DNA of 53,795 nucleotides from a virus: UHGV virus genome UHGV-0191815; one strand, 5' to 3'. Shown piece by piece: positions 25,374 to 32,754 of this stretch (position 1 is its first letter; each line of letters starts with the position of its first letter). The notes under the pieces were generated by a model. It saw only the letters and a program-made list of their open reading frames with translations, ran no database searches and was not told where the DNA came from. The position numbers and the translations under genes were made by a program.

Positions 25374-25585
25374 AAAGTAACCGTAAGCGCCTTGTAAGGG
25401 CATATGACAAAGCATTAAAGGCTTTTGATGATCTGCGACACAATAAGCGTAAGCGTCGCACATGGGCGCGTATGCTTGTTCGTGAATGGCATTATTCTGA
25501 TGCTTTTATGGAAAGCGCACCGCTATTAACACAAGAACAAGCCGACGAAGTAGCTAACGATAACGTTTATTATATGATGTGGTGA
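25370..25585 (+). CDS. Hypothetical basic protein (71 aa)
   Basis: ORF in coupled series. Confidence 0.45.
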   Translation: MKSNRKRLVRAYDKALKAFDDLRHNKRKRRTWARMLVREWHYSDAFMESAPLLTQEQADEVANDNVYYMMW

Positions 25586-25589
25586 TAAT

Positions 25590-25955
25590 ATGCAAATAAT
25601 CATTGATTATCTATGTCATGCTGTGAATACGCTTTTTGGTTTTTATCAACAACCATTCCTAAAAGAATGGGATGAAATGCTTAACGACATTATTGACAAA
25701 GGGTTAATAGTTGAAGTAGGCGAGCTAACGATAAAATTCAATTACGAAGGAAAGGAATATGAAATATGGGTAGGGAATAGATGGTACTCATACGGGCATA
25801 TTTACTCAATTGGCGGTAAGTACATTAAACGTAGCCAGGAGTTCAGGCCACGATTCCGCACAATGCGCCGCCTGCGTGATCTACATATAGGGATAATTGA
25901 AGACCAGGAAGAGCGCGAACTATTCAAGATCTACGGGGATAAATCATGGAATTAA
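25590..25955 (+). CDS. Hypothetical protein (121 aa)
   Basis: ORF in coupled series. Confidence 0.5.
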   Translation: MQIIIDYLCHAVNTLFGFYQQPFLKEWDEMLNDIIDKGLIVEVGELTIKFNYEGKEYEIWVGNRWYSYGHIYSIGGKYIKRSQEFRPRFRTMRRLRDLHIGIIEDQEERELFKIYGDKSWN

Positions 25956-26176
25956 AAATCTGGCAGGCTATCGACGTTGTTGATAACGAATTGTCTATGT
26001 TCGCCACTAACGGGAAACGCGTTGTGATCGCTACGTGGACACGTAACCATGATGATATTGCTTTCCGTCGCGCGGCGGCGGAATTGCTTTTCGCTGATGG
26101 CGGCTACACGATGAACATCGCACAGCTTGCCAGAATGAAAGATGAAATACTGACTGACAGCTACACAATTGCGTAA
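25946..26176 (+). CDS. Hypothetical protein (76 aa)
   Basis: ORF in coupled series. Confidence 0.45.
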   Translation: MELKIWQAIDVVDNELSMFATNGKRVVIATWTRNHDDIAFRRAAAELLFADGGYTMNIAQLARMKDEILTDSYTIA

Positions 26177-26186
26177 CGGGGTAAAT

Positions 26187-26420
26187 ATGCGTATCTATGA
26201 GCACAAGCGGGATAAAACCCGCTTTTTTGTTCGTGCTGGCGTTGCGTACCAGTATAACGAGTGCGGGTATATTGAGGCGCTTGCTTACGACCTTGATTTT
26301 GAGCAGGAAAAAGAATGGTTCGACTTTAAGATCTACCGGAAACGCAAACCAACGCGCGACGAACGACACGCTATCCGGGACTTTTTAATCAGCATTGAGC
26401 GCTGGGGGACAGAAGAGTGA
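26187..26420 (+). CDS. Hypothetical protein (77 aa)
   Basis: RBS aacgggg then ATG at 26187. Confidence 0.45.
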   Translation: MRIYEHKRDKTRFFVRAGVAYQYNECGYIEALAYDLDFEQEKEWFDFKIYRKRKPTRDERHAIRDFLISIERWGTEE

Positions 26421-26644
26421 AAGTCAAATTCTTGCACGATCACGGTTATCCGTCATTAAAACAGGTTGTTGGTAAGGTGGTTGACGTCGTTCATAGCGAT
26501 AATGTCACATGCATGATTAACGGTGCTGACCTCATTGCCGCTGGCGCTGATGATCATTACATTAATCCTGCGTGGTCGTATACGTTCAGCCTGGGGGACT
26601 TCGTTGGCGATAAGGGGCGCGGGCTGGAAGTAGTCGAGGGTTAA
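26417..26644 (+). CDS. Hypothetical protein (75 aa)
   Basis: ORF in coupled series. Confidence 0.45.
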   Translation: MKVKFLHDHGYPSLKQVVGKVVDVVHSDNVTCMINGADLIAAGADDHYINPAWSYTFSLGDFVGDKGRGLEVVEG

Positions 26645-26648
26645 CATC

Positions 26649-26897
26649 ATGGACGTTTACGAAGATCTATACCTCCAGACAAACACCCGCACTTTTTATT
26701 TTCTGAAAAATGGAGTCGTATATCGCAGCGACGATGGGGTAATAATGAAGGAATGGCTATTTAAGAGCAAAGACCTTCTCGACGATCTGGTTTTTGCCGG
26801 GGTATTCCGTAAACGTCCTGCCAACCTGGAAGAAGAAATGTTGATAGAGGTATATCAAAATGAAAATCAGGGTAAGTTATTTCCGGGCGAAAGATAA
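26649..26897 (+). CDS. Hypothetical protein (82 aa)
   Basis: ORF in coupled series. Confidence 0.45.
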   Translation: MDVYEDLYLQTNTRTFYFLKNGVVYRSDDGVIMKEWLFKSKDLLDDLVFAGVFRKRPANLEEEMLIEVYQNENQGKLFPGER

Positions 26898-27111
26898 GAC
26901 AACAGGAAAGCAGATGGCGATCCTGGTTAACGAGGCGCGATACATGTTTTTGCTTCAGCCGTGGTGTATAGCTGACCATAACGATGATTATCGCCGTCAC
27001 GCTGCGCGGAGTGCGGTCGGGATGAAAGGGTGGCAGCCGCGCGACATGCTTAATTATTGTGAATGGAAGTTGATAGCAAAATATACGGTCGATTATAAAG
27101 GGGTTTTCTGA
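26860..27111 (+). CDS. Hypothetical protein (start uncertain; may begin at internal ATG 26914)
   Basis: ORF; internal start has RBS aggaaag. Confidence 0.4.
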   Translation: MKIRVSYFRAKDKTTGKQMAILVNEARYMFLLQPWCIADHNDDYRRHAARSAVGMKGWQPRDMLNYCEWKLIAKYTVDYKGVF

Positions 27112-27113
27112 TT

Positions 27114-27329
27114 ATGTTTGCAAGATGCGTTTATTCTGACACTACGTGCTTTACTACTGGCGAACTATATAGCGTTGATCTTCTTAATGGGTGCAAGCGC
27201 GGTGCTGGCGGTATTCATTATGTAAAAGATAATGATGGCGATGCGTGGCAATTTTACGGCGATCATGCAAAAGGGGTTGTTAAGGGTAGTTTTGATAATC
27301 GTGTAATGGCGCGTTTCGTTAAGTGGTGA
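27114..27329 (+). CDS. Hypothetical protein (71 aa)
   Basis: ORF in coupled series. Confidence 0.45.
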   Translation: MFARCVYSDTTCFTTGELYSVDLLNGCKRGAGGIHYVKDNDGDAWQFYGDHAKGVVKGSFDNRVMARFVKW

Positions 27330-27338
27330 GGTAGTGTC

Positions 27339-27578
27339 ATGAGCCGGAATCAGAGATACCAGTGCACATATTCACGATGTAGCGCTTTTTTTAAGAATGG
27401 CAAGATCTACGAAGTCGGCGCGGCATTGGTTGACGCAAAGAATCAGGAATATATTCACGCCATTACTGACGACCAGGGCCAGTTATGGCGATTTTATAAG
27501 ATGGGGTGTGGCACGGCGCTTGTTTATGCGCGTGCTGGTGGTGGTGCTTTTGCTGCATTTTCGTATGTAGGGGCGTAG
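27339..27578 (+). CDS. Hypothetical protein (79 aa)
   Basis: ORF in coupled series. Confidence 0.45.
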   Translation: MSRNQRYQCTYSRCSAFFKNGKIYEVGAALVDAKNQEYIHAITDDQGQLWRFYKMGCGTALVYARAGGGAFAAFSYVGA

Positions 27579-27581
27579 AAA

Positions 27582-27797
27582 ATGATTTTAACGTGTCACG
27601 GATCTGATCTTGATTGTTTCGAAGACGGTTGCCAGTACGAAGCGGAAAAGCCAGGCGGATTACCAAAAAATACGTTTTTAGTCGTTACAGACACTTACGG
27701 TCACTTATGGTATGCAGCGCCCAGCAAGGCGCGCGGCTGGTGGCTGATTCAGAATGACGATCGCGAGGTTGTAGTGGCCTTTAAGCAGGATGAATGA
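27582..27797 (+). CDS. Hypothetical protein (71 aa)
   Basis: ORF in coupled series. Confidence 0.45.
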   Translation: MILTCHGSDLDCFEDGCQYEAEKPGGLPKNTFLVVTDTYGHLWYAAPSKARGWWLIQNDDREVVVAFKQDE

Positions 27798-27898
27798 AAA
27801 GCGTGATCTACCTCGCAAAGTATACGAAATGGCATTGTTTCGGCAGTGCCGTTTTGTTATAAAGAAGCTGAAGAGAGAACTATGCGGAGGGTAGAAAA

Positions 27899-28171
27899 AT
27901 GAAACGCTGGATTAACGAAGAAACAGAGTCCCGCTTCAATGCAATTTGGGATCTGATTGAAAAAGAGGACGGCGTTTCTAGTCCCTACCTGAACAATCTT
28001 GAGTTCCACTATGTAGAAGCGATGAACGCAGAGCATGACCACGATGGCGGTGCTGATGAATTCGCTAAAAAATACGGCTTCGATGATGCAAACCATATGA
28101 TTAACAACGTGGTGATGCAGGCAGAGGAAGACTACGAATGCAAATCACTTGAATTCGCACGCATGGCATAA
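27899..28171 (+). CDS. Hypothetical acidic protein (90 aa)
   Basis: RBS ggaggg; ORF. Confidence 0.45.
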   Translation: MKRWINEETESRFNAIWDLIEKEDGVSSPYLNNLEFHYVEAMNAEHDHDGGADEFAKKYGFDDANHMINNVVMQAEEDYECKSLEFARMA

Positions 28172-28180
28172 GGGGGAAAC

Positions 28181-28321
28181 ATGAACGCTAACGCTAAATA
28201 TCCGGCCTGGGTCTTTGAACTATACGCCCGCTACTTTGAATTGCTTGCACCAGACGAAGAGGCATTGAGCATTGACGAATACGCTGAGTGTTTAGGGTTC
28301 AAAGGAGACAAGGAAGCATGA
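28181..28321 (+). CDS. Hypothetical small protein (46 aa)
   Basis: MNANAKYPAWVFELYARYFELLAPDEEALSIDEYAECLGFKGDKEA; RBS aaggggga. Confidence 0.35.
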   Translation: MNANAKYPAWVFELYARYFELLAPDEEALSIDEYAECLGFKGDKEA

Positions 28322-28363
28322 AGCGCGGGGCAGGATGGCCCCATCAATAGGAAGGGTTGAATC

Positions 28364-28663
28364 ATGAAAAGCAATAAGTTCATTGCTTGCTGTTTTGTTG
28401 AAGTGCCTAAAGATGATGTTTTCTGTAATTATGAATTTAAAGATAGTTTAGGACGATCTCATGTTGTTGTTGGTAAGCGCGGCGATTGGTTATATATCAC
28501 TGATGGGGACAGGATCTTCACTAAAAACCAGTTGTTAAGAATAAAGGCAGAAAATAATGAAATACCAGTAGGCAACATGGGGATTATGAATTATTACGCT
28601 GGTTTATCGTTAAAGCACGATGCGGTAAATAAAGCGCGTAGCTTACCTGGTGCCGAATTTTAA
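28364..28663 (+). CDS. Hypothetical protein (99 aa)
   Basis: RBS aggaaggg; ORF. Confidence 0.45.
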   Translation: MKSNKFIACCFVEVPKDDVFCNYEFKDSLGRSHVVVGKRGDWLYITDGDRIFTKNQLLRIKAENNEIPVGNMGIMNYYAGLSLKHDAVNKARSLPGAEF

Positions 28664-28686
28664 TTTCTTACGAAGGAGAATAACAA

Positions 28687-29010
28687 ATGTCTAAATTTAT
28701 CAGCGTTAAAGTTTTCCGTGGAACTTTTCCTGAAAATGAAAACAGCGGGCAATTCGCCGGACAGCCTGGCGCATGTTTCCGTGTAGCAACTGATGATGAA
28801 GCTGGCGTCAAATGCTACCACGTATCTGAACCTCCTTTTGACGTGAAAGACCTTGATAATGCAGATCACGTTAAATTTTTTATCTTAGTATCATTGGAAC
28901 TTAATCCATTCCCTGGTGATGAAGTGGAATTGATTGGCGCTGAACTGGTGGCGGAATACAAAATGACTGAAGGGGTAACAGGGGGAATTGACATTGAGCG
29001 CATCAAGTAA
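28687..29010 (+). CDS. Hypothetical protein (107 aa)
   Basis: RBS aaggag; ORF. Confidence 0.5.
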   Translation: MSKFISVKVFRGTFPENENSGQFAGQPGACFRVATDDEAGVKCYHVSEPPFDVKDLDNADHVKFFILVSLELNPFPGDEVELIGAELVAEYKMTEGVTGGIDIERIK

Positions 29011-29248
29011 GCTATACAAGATCAGATGCAAAGGCGAATATCCTGGCTTTACGATTGGTTGCGAATATTTGGGCCGCATGGGGTACGGCCATTTCGGTGA
29101 ATTAGGGATGAATACGCTGGACGATGACGGCGACCGCCGGACGCTTGATCTTGATTCTGACGATTTTGAATACATCCCGCCAGTAACTTATCGCGTGGTT
29201 GATGAGTTCCTGGCTGAACATGAAGACGATGAGGATGATTATGATTGA
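28988..29248 (+). CDS. Hypothetical protein with strongly acidic C-terminus (start uncertain)
   Basis: C-terminal tail EHEDDEDDYD; overlaps the previous gene. Confidence 0.4.
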   Translation: MTLSASSKLYKIRCKGEYPGFTIGCEYLGRMGYGHFGELGMNTLDDDGDRRTLDLDSDDFEYIPPVTYRVVDEFLAEHEDDEDDYD

Positions 29249-29441
29249 ATGCCTTATTGCTGTGATTGTTTTGCTTTATATCGCTGGCGCGATCCTGATG
29301 TCATGTTTTATTAAGGTTAGCGAGGCCGACCGTTGCGGATTTGAGATACCTTTCTGGCCTGTATTGGTTTTCCTCGCTTTCTTCGATGCAACGGTAGTGC
29401 AGATCAAGCTAGCCATTAAGGAGCGCAAAAATGGGAAATAG
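29241..29441 (+). CDS. Small membrane protein (66 aa)
   Basis: MIECLIAVIVLLYIAGAILMSCFIKV...WPVLVFLAFFDATVV; two hydrophobic segments. Confidence 0.45.
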   Translation: MIECLIAVIVLLYIAGAILMSCFIKVSEADRCGFEIPFWPVLVFLAFFDATVVQIKLAIKERKNGK

Positions 29442-29628
29442 CGACCATAAATATGACGGCGTTTATCAGTCATTGCCTTCCCGCGCTTATTATCGCCTTG
29501 AAGGTGAACAAGTGATGATGAGATTAAGCCAGCTTGAGAAGTGGCATGAGCCGTTTTTACCTATGACATCTGCGGAGGTCATTACGATGTTTAATCACGG
29601 ATATTGGCGCAAGGTTGGCGACCTATGA
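29431..29628 (+). CDS. Hypothetical protein (65 aa)
   Basis: ORF in coupled series. Confidence 0.45.
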   Translation: MGNSDHKYDGVYQSLPSRAYYRLEGEQVMMRLSQLEKWHEPFLPMTSAEVITMFNHGYWRKVGDL

Positions 29629-29801
29629 ACGAGATCGAAGATGGCATCTATTTGCATAAGGTATTTGACATCGCCTATTTGGTAAGAGGCGAAGAGGTGA
29701 TGATAAGGAATGAAGATGTTCCTTATTGGGAATTAAGCGACATGGATCGCGAACACATGCAAACATTGTTTGATAACGGACTGATATACAGAACTGCGTA
29801 A
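29625..29801 (+). CDS. Hypothetical protein (58 aa)
   Basis: ATG overlaps the upstream stop (ATGA); last gene before the late promoter. Confidence 0.4.
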   Translation: MNEIEDGIYLHKVFDIAYLVRGEEVMIRNEDVPYWELSDMDREHMQTLFDNGLIYRTA

Positions 29802-29809
29802 AGCCGTAT

Positions 29810-29838
29810 TTGTGGGTCGAAAACAAACAGATTAAAAT
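29810..29838 (+). promoter_or_regulatory. Candidate late promoter (PR'-like): -35 TTGTGG, 17-bp spacer, -10 TAAAAT
   Basis: Hexamers at 29810-29815 and 29833-29838; followed within about 30 nt by a strong terminator hairpin, the layout of Q-dependent late promoters. Confidence 0.4.
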
Positions 29839-29866
29839 ATTACCTAACAATGCGAAACTGTAACTA

Positions 29867-29888
29867 CCCGGCCCCGTGCCGGGTTTTT
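29867..29888 (+). terminator. Promoter-proximal intrinsic terminator (tR'-like) upstream of the lysis genes
   Basis: Stem cccggc / gccggg with loop cccgt, then ttttt. Confidence 0.55.
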
Positions 29889-29908
29889 GCTTTGTTGGAG
29901 GTAAATCT

Positions 29909-30109
29909 ATGTTCGACAGAATACGGGAGGCGTGTGCGTATGTGCCTGGTGCAGTAACCGCTTTTTTCGGTGCTATAACCATCAATGACGTCGCTGTTTT
30001 CGTTGGTATCTTATCAACCATAGGCACATTTGCCGTTAATTATTACTTCAAATCACAGGAGAACAAGCGAGCGCAAGAGGAACACGACGCGCGAATGGGG
30101 AATAAGTAA
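29909..30109 (+). CDS. Holin (small class II / pinholin-like)
   Basis: 66 aa with two hydrophobic segments and a charged C-terminus (YYFKSQENKRAQEEHDARMGNK), resembling phage 21 S; RBS ggagg; immediately precedes the endolysin. Confidence 0.7.
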   Translation: MFDRIREACAYVPGAVTAFFGAITINDVAVFVGILSTIGTFAVNYYFKSQENKRAQEEHDARMGNK

Positions 30110-30601
30110 ATGATTAGCCAATCGCTGAAAAACAAGATTGTTGCTGCGGCGGCTGGTGGGGCGATAGCGATTGCGGCGGTGATGATTAAGCCATTGGAGG
30201 GCGTGGAATACGATCCTTATCGTGATGTTGTCGGTGTATGGACTGTTTGCTACGGTCACACCGGAAAAGACATCATGCTTGGGAAGACTTACACGCAATC
30301 AGAATGCGATGCTTTATTAAATAAAGACCTGCACAAAACCGCAAAAGCTATCGATCCATATATCAAAGTCGAAATATCAGATTTTACCCGCGCTGCACTT
30401 TATTCCTTCGCCTATAACGTAGGCGTTACCAATTTCAAAACATCAACCTTATTAAAGCTACTCAATGACGGCAAGAAATCAGAAGCGTGCGCACAGCTTA
30501 AACGCTGGGTATACGCTGGCGGTAAGAAGTGGCAAGGCCTGGTAAACCGCCGCGATGTTGAATATGCCGTTTGCGAATGGGGTGAGAAATGGACAAGGTG
30601 A
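30110..30601 (+). CDS. SAR endolysin (T4-lysozyme-like muramidase with N-terminal signal-anchor-release domain)
   Basis: N-terminal SAR helix [18 protein letters not shown]; catalytic E-x8-D-x5-T ([16 protein letters not shown]); strong similarity to phage 21 R endolysin. Confidence 0.85.
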   Translation: MISQSLKNKIVAAAAGGAIAIAAVMIKPLEGVEYDPYRDVVGVWTVCYGHTGKDIMLGKTYTQSECDALLNKDLHKTAKAIDPYIKVEISDFTRAALYSFAYNVGVTNFKTSTLLKLLNDGKKSEACAQLKRWVYAGGKKWQGLVNRRDVEYAVCEWGEKWTR

Positions 30602-31059
30602 AGACGTTAATCATCGCCGCTGTTGTTTGCATTATTGCCAGCCTTACCGCCGTAACGTGCCATTACCAGAGCGAGGCGACAAGGTTACAGGAAGAATTAA
30701 CGACCACGCAAGGCGCACTGAAAACAGCAAGTAACACTATTCAGCAGATGAAGGAGCGAAACGCCGAACTGTCAAAACTTGATAAGAGGTATCACGATGA
30801 GATTAAAGCTATCAGATCTGACATTGCCGATCTGCGCACTGGCATTGATAACGGTTCTATCCGGTTGCGCGTCAACGCAACACCTGTGCGAGTGTCCGAC
30901 TCCACCGGAACCGCCAGCGCCATTGATGGAGCCGCCTGTAGACTCACTCCCGACGCTGAATCGGCTTATCTATCCCTCAGAGAACAACTAAAAGAGAAAG
31001 ACGCGAAGATAACCGCGCTTCAGGGCTACATCAAAACGCAGTGCTTACGCAAAGAATAA
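30589..31059 (+). CDS. Rz-like i-spanin
   Basis: N-terminal TM helix ([16 protein letters not shown]) then coiled-coil periplasmic domain; overlaps the endolysin stop. Confidence 0.75.
   Translation: MDKVKTLIIAAVVCIIASLTAVTCHYQSEATRLQEELTTTQGALKTASNTIQQMKERNAELSKLDKRYHDEIKAIRSDIADLRTGIDNGSIRLRVNATPVRVSDSTGTASAIDGAACRLTPDAESAYLSLREQLKEKDAKITALQGYIKTQCLRKE
30797..30991 (+). CDS. Rz1-like o-spanin, embedded in the +1 frame of Rz
   Basis: [23 protein letters not shown]|C lipobox then proline-rich [17 protein letters not shown]; entirely inside the Rz gene. Confidence 0.75.
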   Translation: MRLKLSDLTLPICALALITVLSGCASTQHLCECPTPPEPPAPLMEPPVDSLPTLNRLIYPSENN

Positions 31060-31337
31060 CAGCGCGTTGACGTGTCGCCGTTTCCGCCAGCCAGCCATAA
31101 CCGGGCCAATCCTTCCCGCGAGCGACGGCGGAAAAGTCAAAAACACGTAATACCGGATCAACAGTCCCATTAACAGGTCGGCGCTACCTGGGTAGAAGAA
31201 AGCGCCATTCACCAATTTTATAAAATTCTGGAAACGGTACTGATGAAGCGCCGTTTTCAGTGTTTTATAGCTGTTTTCACTCCCTGCGGTGTCGAGTTTT
31301 GCGGGGGTTATATTTTTCAGGATAGGAGATTATTCTG

Positions 31338-31922
31338 ATGGCTAAGGCTAAAGGCATTAAATTGCCTCAATTCAAAGTCCCGCTCTTTGAGCATACAACC
31401 GTTTTCTTTTGCCCGACCCGCGAGATGTTTTATGAATTTTGCGAAAAGGTAGGAATTCCAATTGAGCCTGATTTCGAACTGGCAGGAGGATTGACGCTTA
31501 CTTGCACTGGCGAGAAAGGCGGTAACTTCTACGTGATCGCAGTATTCGACAATGAGTTAGGAACACTGGTCCATGAATGCGCTCACACCACATTCCATGT
31601 TTTAAGTGATGTAGGCGTCGTGGCTACCACTGATCCATCTCATCCGGCGAATGAGACTTATGCTTACATGGTAGGCCGCATCTTTGACGCATTTTTCCCT
31701 ATCCTGGCAGAATCAAACGAAGCACAGGTGGCAGCTATGCAGGCCGCTGAAGTCGTGGAGAAGGCATTAGACCAGGAAGAAAAGGCGACTGATGCAGCAG
31801 AACAGGCAGTTGAACATGCAGAAGAGCAGAAAGAAGAGAAAAAGCCAGCTAAGAAAGGCAAACGTAAGCCTAAAGCAAAAGAGGCGCTTGTACCGCGTGT
31901 GATGAGCTTTAAACGGGGTTGA
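31338..31922 (+). CDS. Hypothetical protein with HExxH motif and lysine-rich C-terminal tail
   Basis: LVHECAHTTFH (HExxH, metallopeptidase-like) and C-terminal EEQKEEKKPAKKGKRKPKAKEA; RBS aggag. Confidence 0.5.
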   Translation: MAKAKGIKLPQFKVPLFEHTTVFFCPTREMFYEFCEKVGIPIEPDFELAGGLTLTCTGEKGGNFYVIAVFDNELGTLVHECAHTTFHVLSDVGVVATTDPSHPANETYAYMVGRIFDAFFPILAESNEAQVAAMQAAEVVEKALDQEEKATDAAEQAVEHAEEQKEEKKPAKKGKRKPKAKEALVPRVMSFKRG

Positions 31923-31924
31923 TT

Positions 31925-31993
31925 ATGGTTACTTTTCTGTTGGGTTTATTTATTGGAATGGCTGCCGCTGTAATATTACTGGTTGGTGAATAA
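31925..31993 (+). CDS. Mini-gene A: 22-aa single-TM peptide
   Basis: MVTFLLGLFIGMAAAVILLVGE. Confidence 0.35.
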   Translation: MVTFLLGLFIGMAAAVILLVGE

Positions 31994-31997
31994 TGTC

Positions 31998-32180
31998 ATG
32001 GATGATTATATCATTGCCGGATTGATCGGCATTTCTGTATATCTGGTGGGTTTTATTGCAGTTGCACTAATAAACGCAAAGATTAAGCACTGGGTGGAGG
32101 GCAAGATGATTGACCCGCTCGTTATTCTTTCCTTATGCGTCGCTGTATGGCTGGCGATCATGATATTCATTGAAAGCTAA
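31998..32180 (+). CDS. Mini-gene B: 61-aa two-TM peptide (may be a fusion of two units)
   Basis: MDDYIIAGLIGISVYLVGFIAVALINAKIKHWVEGKMIDPLVILSLCVAVWLAIMIFIES. Confidence 0.4.
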   Translation: MDDYIIAGLIGISVYLVGFIAVALINAKIKHWVEGKMIDPLVILSLCVAVWLAIMIFIES

Positions 32181-32190
32181 AGGCATTCAC

Positions 32191-32265
32191 ATGAGTGTTT
32201 ACGATCTCATCTGGTGGTCGTTGGTCGCCTTCATTATCTATTTCTGGTGGAAGAATGTTGTATAG
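32191..32265 (+). CDS. Mini-gene C: 24-aa single-TM peptide
   Basis: MSVYDLIWWSLVAFIIYFWWKNVV. Confidence 0.35.
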   Translation: MSVYDLIWWSLVAFIIYFWWKNVV

Positions 32266-32272
32266 GTGAAGC

Positions 32273-32353
32273 ATGAACGCATACGAAATGCTATTGCTGG
32301 TGGCTGTTATTACAGTTATTGCCGTTGACTTCTATCGAGGGTTTAAAAGATGA
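32273..32353 (+). CDS. Mini-gene D: 26-aa single-TM peptide
   Basis: MNAYEMLLLVAVITVIAVDFYRGFKR; RBS aggtga. Confidence 0.35.
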   Translation: MNAYEMLLLVAVITVIAVDFYRGFKR

Positions 32354-32421
32354 AAGAAGCAGACTTCTTTTGCATGATTGTAGTGATCGTCATCGTTGCG
32401 GTGATTTTAAATCTTAGCTGA
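32350..32421 (+). CDS. Mini-gene E: 23-aa single-TM peptide
   Basis: MKEADFFCMIVVIVIVAVILNLS; ATGA overlap with mini-gene D. Confidence 0.35.
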   Translation: MKEADFFCMIVVIVIVAVILNLS

Positions 32422-32438
32422 ATCGCAGGGGGTTAAAA

Positions 32439-32507
32439 ATGAAATGGCTTGATTTCTTTTTCCTGATTGTTGCGATTGTTCTAACCATGACCGCGCTGAC
32501 TCAATAG
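32439..32507 (+). CDS. Mini-gene F: 22-aa single-TM peptide
   Basis: MKWLDFFFLIVAIVLTMTALTQ; RBS aggggg. Confidence 0.35.
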   Translation: MKWLDFFFLIVAIVLTMTALTQ

Positions 32508-32515
32508 GTGAATAT

Positions 32516-32590
32516 ATGGAAACCATAGAAGCTGTATTATTCGTATGTATCGCAGCGGCTGTAATTGTGGGGTTTATTATCAATGTCTGA
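32516..32590 (+). CDS. Mini-gene G: 24-aa single-TM peptide
   Basis: METIEAVLFVCIAAAVIVGFIINV; RBS aggtga. Confidence 0.35.
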   Translation: METIEAVLFVCIAAAVIVGFIINV

Positions 32591-32651
32591 TAGTGATTTC
32601 TTAATCATGGCTATAAGCGCGTTGTTAGTCGTTATCGTTTTCTTCGCATAA
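32583..32651 (+). CDS. Mini-gene H: 22-aa single-TM peptide
   Basis: MSDSDFLIMAISALLVVIVFFA; overlaps mini-gene G by 8 nt. Confidence 0.3.
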   Translation: MSDSDFLIMAISALLVVIVFFA

Positions 32652-32660
32652 AGGTAAACA

Positions 32661-32744
32661 ATGAAAGAATTATTCGACTGGCTGGAAGTATTAACATATT
32701 GCGCAAGTTTTGTGGCTTGCGTATATATCATCAACAAATATTAA
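32661..32744 (+). CDS. Mini-gene I: 27-aa single-TM peptide
   Basis: MKELFDWLEVLTYCASFVACVYIINKY; RBS aaaggt. Confidence 0.35.
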   Translation: MKELFDWLEVLTYCASFVACVYIINKY

Positions 32745-32754
32745 GAGGTGAATT

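Noticed and set aside
31053-31178. 41-codon minus-strand hydrophobic ORF in the gap after Rz
   Set aside because: No RBS, convergent with flanking plus-strand genes, and overlaps the Rz stop; kept only as a weak possibility.
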